In this document: positions 26,901 to 39,361 of the stretch, piece by piece
Position numbering within the stretch: the stretch's first letter is position 1
How the letters are laid out: every line of letters starts with the position of its first letter
Assembly (NCBI RefSeq): GCF_004010195.1
Contig: NC_057719.1
Span: 60,670,581-60,723,867, forward strand
Direction: 5' to 3'
Length of the DNA stretch: 53,287 bases
DNA from: Chiloscyllium plagiosum
Lineage: Eukaryota
Notes under the pieces: model-generated
Database searches by the model: none
What the model saw: only the letters and a program-made list of their open reading frames with translations
What the model was told of the DNA's origin: nothing
Program-made: the position numbers and the translations under genes

Positions 26901-27269
26901 GCAAATTATCTGAAAAGAAAAAAAAACTTGCAAGACTAAAAACAAATGTGGGAGAATGGGATGAACTGATCCTTTTGTAAAATCTATTCATAGATGGGTT
27001 GTAGGCAATGCATTCAAGTCCAGTATTTATTGCCTGTATCTAATTGTCCCTGAGAAGGCTAACACATGCAGAGCTAGCACAGATACAAGGATTGAAAGGC
27101 TCTTACAACAATCCTCTAACCACTCAATTATTCCATTCTACAAACATTTTTTTTGTGGCAAGATTTATTGAGCATTAAAATATGGACAGCATTTTTTCTG
27201 CAATGAAACACAAATAACATTTTTGTATTCGATACTGACGCCAAGATAATTTTGTGGTACTTTACCACA

Positions 27270-27480
27270 TACCTACCAACCACTCTGTCACTTTTCTTCA
27301 ATGTCGCTGGGTCAAGATTCTGGACTTCCCTCCCGAACAACTTTTAGGGTCTACTGACAGCACATGGTCTGCAGGGGTTCAAGGCAGCTCACCATAATCT
27401 TCTCAAGGGTAACTAGGGACAGACAATACATGCTGGCTCAGCCAGCAATGTCCATACCCCAGTAGTGAATTTTTTAAAAA
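27270..27480 (+). mobile_element. LINE (CR1/L2 group) 3' tail fragment
   Basis: gctgggtcaa...ttcaaggcagctcacca...ctcaagggtaactaggga...cagccagcaatg; shared with 30830-30975 and 35530-35620. Confidence 0.65.
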
Positions 27481-27685
27481 GTTCAGTAATTTGCAATATA
27501 TTAATAAATATAGTTATAAGATCTGCGCCATTTTAAATATCTGATAAGACGCATAGCGAACATTAAAATAAGTTTGAGGTTGAATAATGGATATATAAAT
27601 AATTTATAGCTCTCACTAATATACTTGCATACAGATTCAACAAAATATTGTCCTATACCGTTATAAGTGCAGGAGATGCATTGAT

Positions 27686-27748
27686 TCATAGAACATAGAA
27701 CATAGAAGAATACAGCGCAGTACAGGCCCTTGGGCCCTCGATGTTGCA
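27686..27748 (-). mobile_element. CR1 extreme 3' tail with (TTCTATG)n
   Basis: catagaacatagaacatagaa followed by the reverse complement of the tail at 4615-4668. Confidence 0.75.
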
Positions 27749-28096
27749 TTGATTCAGCTCTTCAATTAGCTTGACTGTCTGTAGAGCAAAGAAAATACTC
27801 CATTTGCTTGTGCTTGGTGTACCACAGCAGATAATGATGGACAAATTTAAAACATTGAAGCATCTAGAGGGCAATAATTTATATTATGTACATTATACTA
27901 TACGTAATTACTCATTACAATTGTTCAGCCAGGAGAACAGTAAATAATTCACTCGAGCAATTAAGAAAATTTATTTTAGTCTGAGCTCTAATTTGTGTAA
28001 TGAAGCTGAGATTTATATATGTTTATTTTAATATTGTTTACTGTAAGTTTGGGCTCTTGTAATTCTAGGCTGTAAACAGTCTGTGCATTTGCAATT

Positions 28097-28342
28097 GGAG
28101 AAAGCCAGGACCGCAGATGCTGGAGATCAAAGTCAAAAAGTGTGGCGCTAGAAAACCACAGCGGTTCAGACAACATCAGAGGAGCAGGAGAGTCAACATT
28201 TTGAGTATAAAACCTTCAACAGGAAGGACTTATGCCCGAAACGTCGACTCTCCTGCTCCTTGGATGCTGCTTGACCTGCTGTGCTTTTCCAGCACCACAC
28301 TCTTGACTCTCATTTCAAGCATCTGCTGTACTCACTTTTGTC
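28097..28342. mobile_element. Palindromic Penelope-derived element (two inverted terminal-repeat halves)
   Basis: Left half gcagatgctggagat...ggagcaggagagtcaacatttt mirrors right half cgaaacgtcgactctcctgctcc...gcatctgc around ~28220. Confidence 0.8.
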
Positions 28343-30359
28343 TAGTTACTGCTAATACCAGACTAGAGTGTTGGGATATACAGTTGGTGGAAAAGTAGTG
28401 ACATTTTGAAGTTGTAGAAAAAAGGAATTGAAGATGCATTGGTGATAGTATAGCATTAGAAGGAATCCAAGTCAGGACAATAATAAGATTAATTAACAAA
28501 GAATTATTCACAGTTCCAGTAGATGATCTGATAGTTTAATATTGTACTAGGCTGTCCTGGTTCTGATACAAAATGATGTTTAGGTTATGTCTACTGTGTG
28601 CTTAAAAAGTCTTTGAATCTATGTTTAACGGGAGCAGAGTTGTTTTCTTGCTTGGATTAATTTCGGTTGTTAATACACATTTGTTTTGTTTTATTGTTAA
28701 AAGATTGACTAAGATATTGCATGTGTTTGAATATAAGATCATTTCAGTAACAGAATGATTTTTAAAAAATACAATCTATCCAGCCAGATTCATATTAGGG
28801 ATCTGACTTGTCCTGTATGAACAAAAATTGAGCATCACCCCACAATAATTGGGGCCATTACATTATAATACTAGTTCAGAGTTCCCTTCCCATTCACATC
28901 TACTAATAAACATGTATTAACAAACAAATCAAAACTATTTCTTCAGGAATATATGCATTTCCTGAATATTTGTTTCAAATCCAGTTGGAACATATAATGG
29001 TATTGATACAATTAGAAACTGTAATTATTAGCCGGTATTGAATAAGAATTTTTGTAGCTTATTGACTGTAATCTGAAGCATTAAACATTGTGGCCTTGAC
29101 TTTTTTCAGGGCCAGTTGTATGTCTAAAATGGAAATTCACCAGTCCTGATATGGTAGCAGTGGAAAACGGACAGGTCCAATAAGAATAGGTTTCTGCAAC
29201 AGAAATTGTATACTACCAATTACCTATAGGAGTTGGAGTACTCAAAACTTACATCTGCCTCCGGACAATTGTCAATGCAAAAGGGATGAGCAGGATTACA
29301 TCATCCTCTTAAGTTCCCATGTCTACTAATGATCATAAATGGACAGTTATTAGAAAATGGCAACCAGCAAAATGGAATGCTGTCAGTGAAGACCACGGAG
29401 CTATCCAGGATATGGTAATGTTCTGTAAGATTTAAAACAATGAAATCTTGCTTATTTATAATTGCTCCCTTGATCTTTTGTGGTGTCATTGACATGAAAC
29501 ACAAATGAAGTTTCAGTCTGCTGCATTTTAAATTCCCTACTATCCTACTCCTTCACCCAGTCCTCAAGCAGGGGACTAAAAAATCTCTTCTGAAAGAGAC
29601 ATCGACCTGATCAACTTAACTTCATTGATCCTATAGATCTTGGTAAGCCATAGCCTGTCCACTGACAGATCCCAATAGTCATTTCATACTGGGATGATGG
29701 ACACATGGAGCAAAAAAAATTGATCACTGAAGCCCAATTTGAATTTCATCTGGACCACTTCAGTTTAGAAGTTATTACAGCCTCAGTCCAGATGTGGACA
29801 AAATAATTAAATTCTAGGGGTGAGGTGAGAATGATTTTCTTTTACACAACATTTCTCTGACTGTACAGGTAGGTCCCACTATCTGAAGCTAGAACATTCC
29901 CACGAATCTTTTGTAAGCCAAAACTGGTGTAAAACAATGGTGCATGACCTATATGGGAAAAAGCATCGTTGTTTTTCATAAAAGCAAAAGTCCTCTTCGG
30001 ATTCACAAAAGCAGGTACTAATGTAGGTCTTTTTTAAAAGCAAAATTGCGTAAAGTGAATGTTCAAAAGCAGGGGATACCTGTAAAATCAATGAAAATCA
30101 GCAGAAAAGCTCTTCACTAGCTGGAGTTAAACATAGCAAAAGGAAGATTGCTGCGGTGATATGGGTGTCAGTCATCTAAGTACCAATATCATTGCAGATA
30201 TTGCTTTGGTCAGTATCCTACATTGAACTATTTCTATCCATTTATCGTAAGCTCTCTCCATCATGAGATAGCACCTGGCCTGTTTGTTAATAGTTGCAGT
30301 GCTTAGCTTTATTCACAGACAATAGAACTTCAATAAATTAAACAGTTAATACAGTAAGA

Positions 30360-30975
30360 ACTGTCACACTGGTTACCATTGACCAGAAATTGAACTAGGT
30401 GAGCCATATAAATACTGTGGTTATGAAAGCAAGTCAGAAGCTAGAAAGCTTGCAGCGACCAATTCCCCTACTGATGCCCCAAAATGCTTCTACCATTTAA
30501 AAGCAGAAGTCAAGAGTATGGTGCAATATTCCACACTTGCCTGGGTAAGTGTAGCTCCAGCAACACTAAAGAAGCTTGTCACCATCCAGGGCAAATTGGC
30601 AAGACATCCACAAATAGTAACTCCTCATCCAGAAATGCTCAGCAACAGCAATTTGTCCCATCTACAAGGTGCAATGTAAAAAGTCACCAAGTGTCCTGAG
30701 GCAGCACCATCTAAACCAACAGCCACTGCCATTTACAAGGAAAAGGGCAGCAGATACATGGGATCACCATCAACTACAAGTTCCCCTTAAAGCTACTCAC
30801 CATCTAAATAGAAGTGTATAACTTTTCCTTCAATATTGCTGGGTCAAATTCTGCAACACCGTTTCTGACAGCATTGTGGGTCCTCCAATAGTAATTAGAC
30901 TGTGGCGCTACCAACTTGAGATGGGCAATAAAGCCTGGCCCAGCCACCAATGCCCATATGCAATGAATGAAAAAA
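30360..30975 (+). mobile_element. Degenerate LINE (CR1/L2 group) 3' fragment
   Basis: VTIDQKLN..HINTV motif and tail gatgggcaataaagcctggcccagcc...aatgaatgaaaaaa. Confidence 0.7.
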
Positions 30976-31736
30976 TCTAATAAGTAGTGTACAGAGCATC
31001 TACTGAAGTGAGGTGAAGAAATATGTAGACAAATGAAGGAATAAAATGATAATCACAGAATGTGGGGATTTCAATATTAATTTTATACCAATAATGATTT
31101 TCATCAGACAGAAGAGTGAGGTAAAGAAACCTTTTCTAAAGGAATATAATGAAAATGCCAACAGCAAAAGATATAAGTGGGGAATGAGCTAGAGCAGATA
31201 ACAGAAGTAAACAGAAGGGGACATTAAGGTATCGTTACTACAATACAATATACTTTATGGAGAAGGACATTATTATGCTGAAAATTACATTAATAGATGG
31301 GAAAAAAGCTGATTTTGAAGGGCTGCGAATATAACTTGGGAAAATAAAATGGAAAACTATATTGATAAATAACAAGGTACATCAGAAATGAAAAAAACGA
31401 TAAGAAGTAAATGGCTCCACAGAGTGCAAGGAGACAAATTCTACAAAAAGGAAAGAACAAAGTAAAATCTAGCAAAACTCCATGGAAGGATGAAGATATA
31501 AGGGAACAACTAAAATATACCTCGTTCCAAACTTTTAAGTACATAGATGATGAAGCAGTGCATGATAACAGAATGCATGAAGCAATTAAAAGCAAAGTCA
31601 AAAAATTAGTAAAATGAATATGTTCAAAGAAATTAAATTATCAAAGAACATAAAATAAAATTGCAATATGTTTTACAGGCAAGTCAATAAAAAGGGAAGG
31701 CTGTGATGGTATATGAGATACTCAGGCTAATATGTA

Positions 31737-31845
31737 GGAGCAAATTACTGCAGATGCTGGAGTCATCTAGACTTGAAACATTAGCTTGCTCTCTCCATGG
31801 ATGCTGTCTGATCCACTGTGGTCCCAGCATTGGTTGTTTTCACAC
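31737..31845. mobile_element. Short rearranged Penelope-like terminal-repeat fragment
   Basis: ctgcagatgctgga joined to gagtcatctagacttgaaacattagc...atggatgctg. Confidence 0.55.
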
Positions 31846-32569
31846 AGGCTAATACCCTGGACATAGATTTAATCATACCATAACAATTGGTTCCATTTAA
31901 AATCGATTAATTAATTAAAATTATCAGAACTGAAAAATAGTCTTAGTATGGCAACATGAAACAAACATTCATTGTTGTAAAAAAACAATCTGGTTCTCTC
32001 ATGCACTTCAGAAATGGAAATCTGCCACAGTTATCTGATCTGGCCTACAGCAATGGAGTGGAAATAATAGAGTATATTTTACAGAATGGCAGAAGTTGGA
32101 AAGTGCTGATTCATAAAAATGAATACTGGGTTCACTTCTGTTCACTTGTGTTGGTATTAACTATGGGATTTTTAAATTTGCGCATTATATGAGGCACAAA
32201 CCATGCTTGGATTGAAAACAGGCAAGAAACACATACCACCACAAACTGAATTTCTAACCATATATTATTGAAACATGCAATACTACTGTTACCAATACCA
32301 CTGCTTAACTAAGTCTCCACAAGTTTCTGTTGCTGAAACTTTCTCTATTTGTTAGATATTATTTGATAGTGTATATACAACACAGAAACAGACCATTTGG
32401 CCCAACAAATCCATACTGCTGCTTACTTTCCACTTGAGCCTTTTCTTCTCAAGAAATTGCAAACCTCCATTCCGTTCTTCCTTATAAACTTGTCCAGGCC
32501 TCAAGTGCATCTACACAATTCACTTCAACAACTACCTACGGTAGAGTGTTCAACATTTTCACTATTCTG

Positions 32570-34060
32570 AAGGTGGGAGCTCAAGAAAATTAAAATCACC
32601 CATGTAGTAATACTAGGCAAATTGTTGGATCCGCTGGTTGACAGTTCTTTGGTCCCAATGGACTTCATCCTATGTTTTTAAAAGAAACACCTACTAGATA
32701 GCTGATATATTGGTTTTAAATGTATAATATTACCTAGATTCTCTTGTTCCACTAATAGGGGAAAACAGTGAATGCAATCTGTTATTCAAAAAGCGGGGAA
32801 GACAAATCAAAAAGATTACAGGTCAATTAGTGCAACATCTGTAAAACTGAAGATGTTAGAAGCTATGATAGACACTGTAGCAGGGCACTTAGAAATGTTC
32901 AAGTCCTTTTATGAAAAAGGAAATACAGTTTCTTGGAATTCTTTGAGGAAATAACATTTGTTGTGAATGAAGAGCAATCAATGGATGTACAGTACTTGGA
33001 TTTCCAGAATGTTATCAAATGCCGTTGCAGAGAAATAAAAGTCATGGTATCATAGTAACATATTGCTCAGAAGCAACTAACGGGAAATATAGAATTATGG
33101 CAACAGTACTACATCATCATGTAATTTATGTAAGTTACTTGGATGGAGGGACCAGAAATATGGCTGCTAAATTTGTCCATGACACAAGATAGGAAAGAAA
33201 GTAAATTGTGAAAAGGACAGAAGGAAGTAATGAAGGGTTATAGATAAATTGTACAAATGGGAAAAGATCTGGTAAATGGAGCACAATATGGGAAAATGAA
33301 AAATTGTGTATTTTGGCAAGAATAAAAAAGAAACAAACATTCTCTAAATGGTGGAAGTTTGTGGAGCTTTTGGATGCAGAAGGATATGTGTTCTAGTGCA
33401 TGAATTGCATAAAGGATAGAATGCAGGTACAACAACTAATTAGAAAAGCTAGGAATGCTGTCATTTATTGCATGGAGAATTGAAAACAAAGTAAGGTTAT
33501 CACTCTTCTGTCAAGCAAGATATTCATGAGGTCACATCTGGAGCACTGTTGGCAGTATTGGTCTCTTATTTGAAAAATGCTGCATTGGAAAATAGTTCAA
33601 AGAAGGTTTACCAGCCTAATACTTGGTTCAGGTGGATTGTTCAATGAAAAAATCATTGACAAACTCGGCTTTGATCCACTGGTGTTTAAGACCAAGAGGC
33701 AATTTGATTGAAAAATAGAAGATTCTGAGGGATGTTGTCAGGGTGAGTGTGGAAAGGATGTTTATTCTTGTGAAAAACATCTGGAACCTGTGCCATTATT
33801 TTAAAAAATGAGATATTTCATTTAAATCAATATAAGAGTAACTATTTTTTACCTAGGAGGGTCATTCTTCTTTGGAACACGAAAGTTGGAGGAAGCAGAG
33901 ACTATGGATAGTCTCTAAGGCAGAGACCATTCTTGATAAGCTTGGGGGTGAAGTATTATCAGGGGTAGGTGAAAATGTAAAGTAATCAGATCAGCCACAA
34001 TCTTCTGAATGACAAGGCAAGCTCAAGGAGTTGACTGGCCTACGTCAGCTCTTAATTTAC
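32570..34060 (+). mobile_element. Old degenerate CR1 RT and 3' region
   Basis: KDYRSISATSVKLKMLE, MDVQYLDFQN, HLEHCWQYWS and a CR1-like tail. Confidence 0.7.
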
Positions 34061-34707
34061 GTGTCTTGTACATAGATCTCCACACTTTTCCAATTCTGGC
34101 CTGCTGTGCATTCCCGATTCCTGCATGGTGTTTAAATATTTTCAGCTGTTTAAGCCCAATATATTAGAATTGTCTATCGCCCGTTTTCTTTTAAAAGCCC
34201 ACATTCCTAGGTCAGGGTTTTAGCCAGTTTCCTGTTATTTCCTTCTAGGGTTTTGCCAACAAGGTTTTCATTGACACCACTCTGTTTAAGCATTTCACTA
34301 CGTTAAATATGCTTGATAGAAGTACGTACTTTTGGTTTTCAGTAGATAAAACCTTCATCAGAGCATTTTTCTAATTAGCAAAAATGTATTCATCCAATGT
34401 CTCTTTAAACATACATGGTAACCAGACTTTAGACATTTTTAGAAATAGAAATGTAAGAGAACTCAACAGTATCCAAAGCTAACCATAAGAATTGCTGCTC
34501 TGCCACCCAGAAACCAATAACTATGTAGAGTGAAATGTCTACAGCAAAATAACATAGCTCATATTCAACCTATGCCAGATCAATGGAAACTAAAAGTATT
34601 ACATCTAAATCTTTGATGACAAATGTTAAAAAAATTAAATCACTGACGAATAAATGAACCATTATCCGTGACAAAAGTAAGTAATCCTAGTTTGTTGCAT
34701 CACTTAC

Positions 34708-34790
34708 CTGAAGAATATGGCTTCCCAAATTCTGTTCGAACACATTAATGGCCACGGAGCTTGGACTTCTTCTGCGCTGTGTTCCTAAAG
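34708..34790 (-). CDS. NPAS1: Internal coding exon of neuronal PAS domain protein (NPAS1/NPAS3 bHLH-PAS family; NPAS1 slightly favoured), bHLH to PAS-A linker
   Basis: Acceptor ttttcctcttatttag, 83-nt exon, donor CAG|gtaagt. Phase-1 frame gives [28 protein letters not shown], matching recalled NPAS3 [26 protein letters not shown] and NPAS1 VFEQHLGGHILQ. Family assignment is strong; paralog assignment is uncertain. Confidence 0.85.
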
Positions 34791-35909
34791 CTAAATAAGA
34801 GGAAAAATAGTAATTATTCAAAGGCTTATTCAAACTACTGTTAATATTTCCAGGTAACAGCTGATGATAATTCTATTTTCATTTTGAGGAACACCACAGA
34901 TATATCACTAAATTTGACAAAAAGGTTGACAGGAATATATATGGGATTGTCTTGCTCTCTGTTGCTGTTGACAGCAACACACTGGAACACAGAGTGTTCC
35001 CTGGTCCCCTGGAACACACAGTGATCAATACTTTGAACGAGTTCAGTGGACATGAACAAATTATGAATTGTTAAATAAGTAAATGATTGCAGTATATAGG
35101 ACAATTTTTGTACTACACAAATTAGCTCAATGGCCTGAACATACTTCCTTATCCATATTTATCTTCTGACCTAGTGCTCAGAAAGAAGAAAATATTCAAA
35201 AGGTGAGTCTCATTTGAGGTTCCGCTTTTGTTTTAGAGGTTAGTTACAAAGTGAGAACAATATTTTTGTAATCATTAAACTGGGATGTGCTGTAGAATGG
35301 AGTATTTTTCTACTTTCATTACCTGGTACCCAGCACCTGGTGTAGCATGATCCAAATGCAAAGCAAAACAGCTATATAATGCACAACAATATGCTTTCAC
35401 TTTTGGTTCAAAAGAGTATCCATCTAATTAAATCTAGGAATTTTTCTGAAGTTTTCTATTCCATACATAATAGTATCTTCATTGTCTGAGTGAAATGACC
35501 AGTGTGTGGTCAGAATTATTGATGCAATCCAGCTCACTACCATCTTCTTAAGAGCAAGTAGGGATAGGCAATAAATGTTTGCCCTGCCAGTGATGCCCAG
35601 ACCTCACAAGTTTAAAAAAAAATGTTCTTCATGTAACTGGCCAAATCAGTTCTTACAGAGCCCTGAACACCTTCTGTATAAAAATAAACCTTCGGTAAGA
35701 ATATTTTTTTTAAAAAAACTTGTGTTTATGTAACACCTTTCCTGATTACAGGAGATCTCAAAACATTTCACAGTCGATTAAATAATTTTAGAATAATGAA
35801 TTTTACAGAAGGAAATCTATTGCTTGATTACACCCCACCCCAGTACTAAAGTGAGAAAATTGGCCTTGAGCCCACTAACTTGAAAAAAGGGCTACCCTGC
35901 AATGATAAT

Positions 35910-36430
35910 AGAGTCAAAGAGATATACAGTATAGAAACAGACTCTTCGATCCAACTCATCCATGCTGACAAGATATCTATCCTAAAATAATTTAGGGCCA
36001 TACCGCTCTAAACCCTTCCTATTCATATACCCAGCCTTTTAAATTTCATAATTGTACTAGCTTCCACCACTTCCTCTGGCAGCTCATGCCATACACGCAA
36101 CACTCTTTGCATGAAAACGTTGTCCCTTAGGTCCTTTTATTATCTTTCCTCCCTCACCCTAAACCTAAGCCCTCTAGTTCTGGACTCCTCCACCCAGGAA
36201 ATGACCTTGTCTATTTACCTTATCAACATCCTTCAATTTTATAAACTTCTACAAAGTCACCCCTCAGCCTCCAATGCTCCAGGGAAAACAGCCCCGTGTA
36301 GCCCAAATCCTCCAACCCTGGCAACATCCTTGTAAATCATTTCTGAACCCTTTCAAGTTTCACAACATCTTTCCGATAGGAAGGAGACCAGAATTGGACA
36401 TAATATCCAAAAGTGGTCTTACCAATGTCT
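35910..36430 (-). mobile_element. CR1 LINE 3' fragment
   Basis: Reverse complement of the family at 15722-16113 and 45325-45690. Confidence 0.85.
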
Positions 36431-36879
36431 AACTATTGCTGGGGGCAAACTCAACAAAGTTACAGTGGGACCTCCATCCCTCAGGGGCCAAACGATGACA
36501 TACTTTAAGCTTCCACAAAGAGCAATGTGGCAATGTGCAAATAATCGTCTTTACTATTGTTACTCGAGCGATAAATATTGACCAAAAATTCAAAAATATT
36601 CCCATGCTCTTCTTCCAATTGATATGGAAGCTTTGAGATTCACGTTAAACCAGTCAGAACTTTAGTTTAATCTTGCATCAAAAAGAGAACATCTGACAGG
36701 ACATCATTCTTCTTACTACTGCACCAACCTGGATTTTTGTGCTTAAATCATTGAAAAGGGACTTGAACGTACAACAATCTATCTCATAAACAACTGTAAT
36801 TTTGCTGAGCAAACAGAAAAGGTTGACTCTCACTTGACACATCAGGGCAGAGTTCAGTTTTGGAATACATTCCACCATA

Positions 36880-38060
36880 CAACACCACTGATATCCATTT
36901 CAAACCCACTGATTCACACAACTACCTCGACTACACCTCCTCTCACTTACCTCCTGCAAAAATGCAATACCATTCTCTAAATTCCTCTGCCTCCGCCGCA
37001 TCTGCTCCCAGGATGAGGTGTTTCCCTCCAGGACATCCCTGATATCCTCCTACTTTAGGGGCCTCCTCGGTAATTAAGGATGTCATCAACCACATCACCT
37101 CCATATCCTGCACTTCTGCCTTCGAAGTACCTCCTCTCCACCCAACAACAGTAAAGATAGAGTCCGTTTAGTCCTCACATATCACCCCAACAACCTCTGA
37201 ATCCAACACATCACCTTCCAACATTTCCGCCACCCACAATCAGACCCCACCACCAAAAAGATATTTATTTTCCTACCCCTGCCCGCGTTCCACAGAGATC
37301 ATTCATTCTGCGATTCCCTCATCAAGTTCTCCACCACACTCTGTACCTTTCTCTGCAGCTGCAACACCTGCCCCTACAGTTCTCCTCTCACCTCCACCCA
37401 AGGTCCAAAATAATCCTTCCAGATCCAGCAGAGATTCACCTCCACTTCATCTAACCTTATCTATTTGATCCATTGCTCTCGATTTGGTCTTCTCTACGTC
37501 GGAGAGACCAAATGCAGACTCAGGGACCGATTTGCAAAGCGTCGGTGCTCTGCGTGCAACAACCAAACCAATCCAATCTTCCGGTTGCCATCCATTTTAG
37601 TTACCCTTCCCATTCCCCTGGTGATATGTCCATCCTTGGCCTCCTCCACTTTCAGAGTGAAGCCAGTCGTAAACTGGAGGAGCAACACCCGACATTTTGC
37701 CTGGGGAGCTTACAGTCCAATGGCCTCAATACTGATTTCAGCAGCTTCAAAATCCCTCTACCCCTAGTGTTATCCCTTGTCCAACCCTCCCCCTTCTCCT
37801 CACCTCCCTGACTTGACCTTTTCTTACTCACCTACACTCTCAATCCATCCAACTGACCAATCATAATAACCCCCTATCTACACCAACCGGTCACCATCCC
37901 ACCAAACCTTCCCACAGCCCTCCCCCATCCCTCATTTACTTCTGGAGTCCCCTCCTTCTCCTCTGTAATCCTGACAAATGGTTTTGGCCCAAAATGTTGA
38001 CTTTCCTGCTGCTCAGACACTGTCTGACCTGCTGTGCTTTTCCAGCTTCGCACCTATTGA
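36880..38060 (+). mobile_element. Penelope-like element 3' part (RT end, linker, GIY-YIG, terminal repeat)
   Basis: TDIHFKPTDSHNYLDYTSSH; YLIHCSRFGLLYVGETKCRLRDRF; RKLEEQH..FCLGSLQSNGLN; decayed hammerhead near 37970-38000. Confidence 0.9.
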
Positions 38061-38376
38061 CGCCAATAAACAATTAACCGGTTCACCATTTGGATTGCTT
38101 TCAACTTGGTGTTAGATTTTCAGAAAATCTGTGTTAAGGTCGGAGACTGTAGAGGCTGTATGGTCAATCAAGACTGTCGACATTCAGGAATGGCATAAAA
38201 TGAGATTTACATTCAAAAACAGAGACAGATTAAAAATAAAGTTAAAACCATTGAGTTGTGCTTTAAGGGTTTTTGGTTAAATACATTGTCAAATAAAATG
38301 AACCTAACTTATCACAGAATTGTTACAGCACAAGTTGACCATTCTGAAGGAACAACTTATCTAAAAATATAAAACA

Positions 38377-38465
38377 TGGGACAAGATTGGGTTGGGATCT
38401 CTGGTCGGCATGGACGGGTTGGACCGAAGGGTCTGTTTCCATACTGTACATCTCTATGACTCTAT
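38377..38465 (+). mobile_element. CR1 3' tail fragment
   Basis: gggttggaccgaagggtctgtttccatactgtacatctctatgactcta, near-identical to 16065-16113. Confidence 0.8.
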
Positions 38466-39361
38466 GTGGCGATGACTGATTGGAGAATGGCACTAATAAC
38501 AGTCCACTTCTCAAGTGACGCACTCAAAGGGAATTGTCTAAAAAGAAATAATGCGTACAGTTAGTTATGGAGAAAATATGCAAAATAGCCCCAACTAAAT
38601 TGCTCATTTGGAGAGCTGGTGCAGACAATAGACCAAATAGTCTCCTTTTGTGCTGTATGAATTCTGTGATTCTATGAATGGTGCAATACAATAATTAAAA
38701 TATTGAAACCAAAATGAGCAAGTTTCTCAGAGTAAGAAATTGACATGCCTAGCGGTTAAGCAGCCACTTTCATAATTTATTACCCTAAAAAATGTGCAAA
38801 AGCAAATTTATTCAAGGTGAATTTGACAACAATGCAGGATCAGACTTATTTTTAAAAACTTGTTTAAAACTGGATTAAGTCTGATAAACTAGGAATGTGT
38901 TTTATGTAATAGATGTGTCTATTGTCATAATTATGTTTAGCACAGAGTTGTTGCTTTGAACTGACTGAAATAACTGCACAAGGGCTGGTAATCTGTCACC
39001 AAATCACTATTTACATGCACAATGCATGGGCTCTGACCAGCTAACTCAAAGCCAGTCCCTGCATTGAGTAGACCTTCTCAATCTCCTGCTTTTTTTCCAC
39101 TTTTTAAATTTTATTAAACAATACAAAATACAGTTAACCATAAATAGAAAGCAGCAGTTCACAAAAAAACCCACTATATACAATGAAAGAGCATCAAAGC
39201 CAAACCCCAAACCCCACCGTTCAACTAGTTTTCAGGGAGACGAGGACAAACGTCAAATCCTACTTGCATTTATCACAAAGGTAACAGGCAAGACAGTGTA
39301 ATCAAATCAAAAACAGTGCAAAGAGCACAGTCCTAATATGGTTGTAAAATAGACACCTGTG

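Noticed and set aside
28369..28823. Solo LTR
   Set aside because: TG..CA ends are plausible but there is no TSD or second copy in the window.
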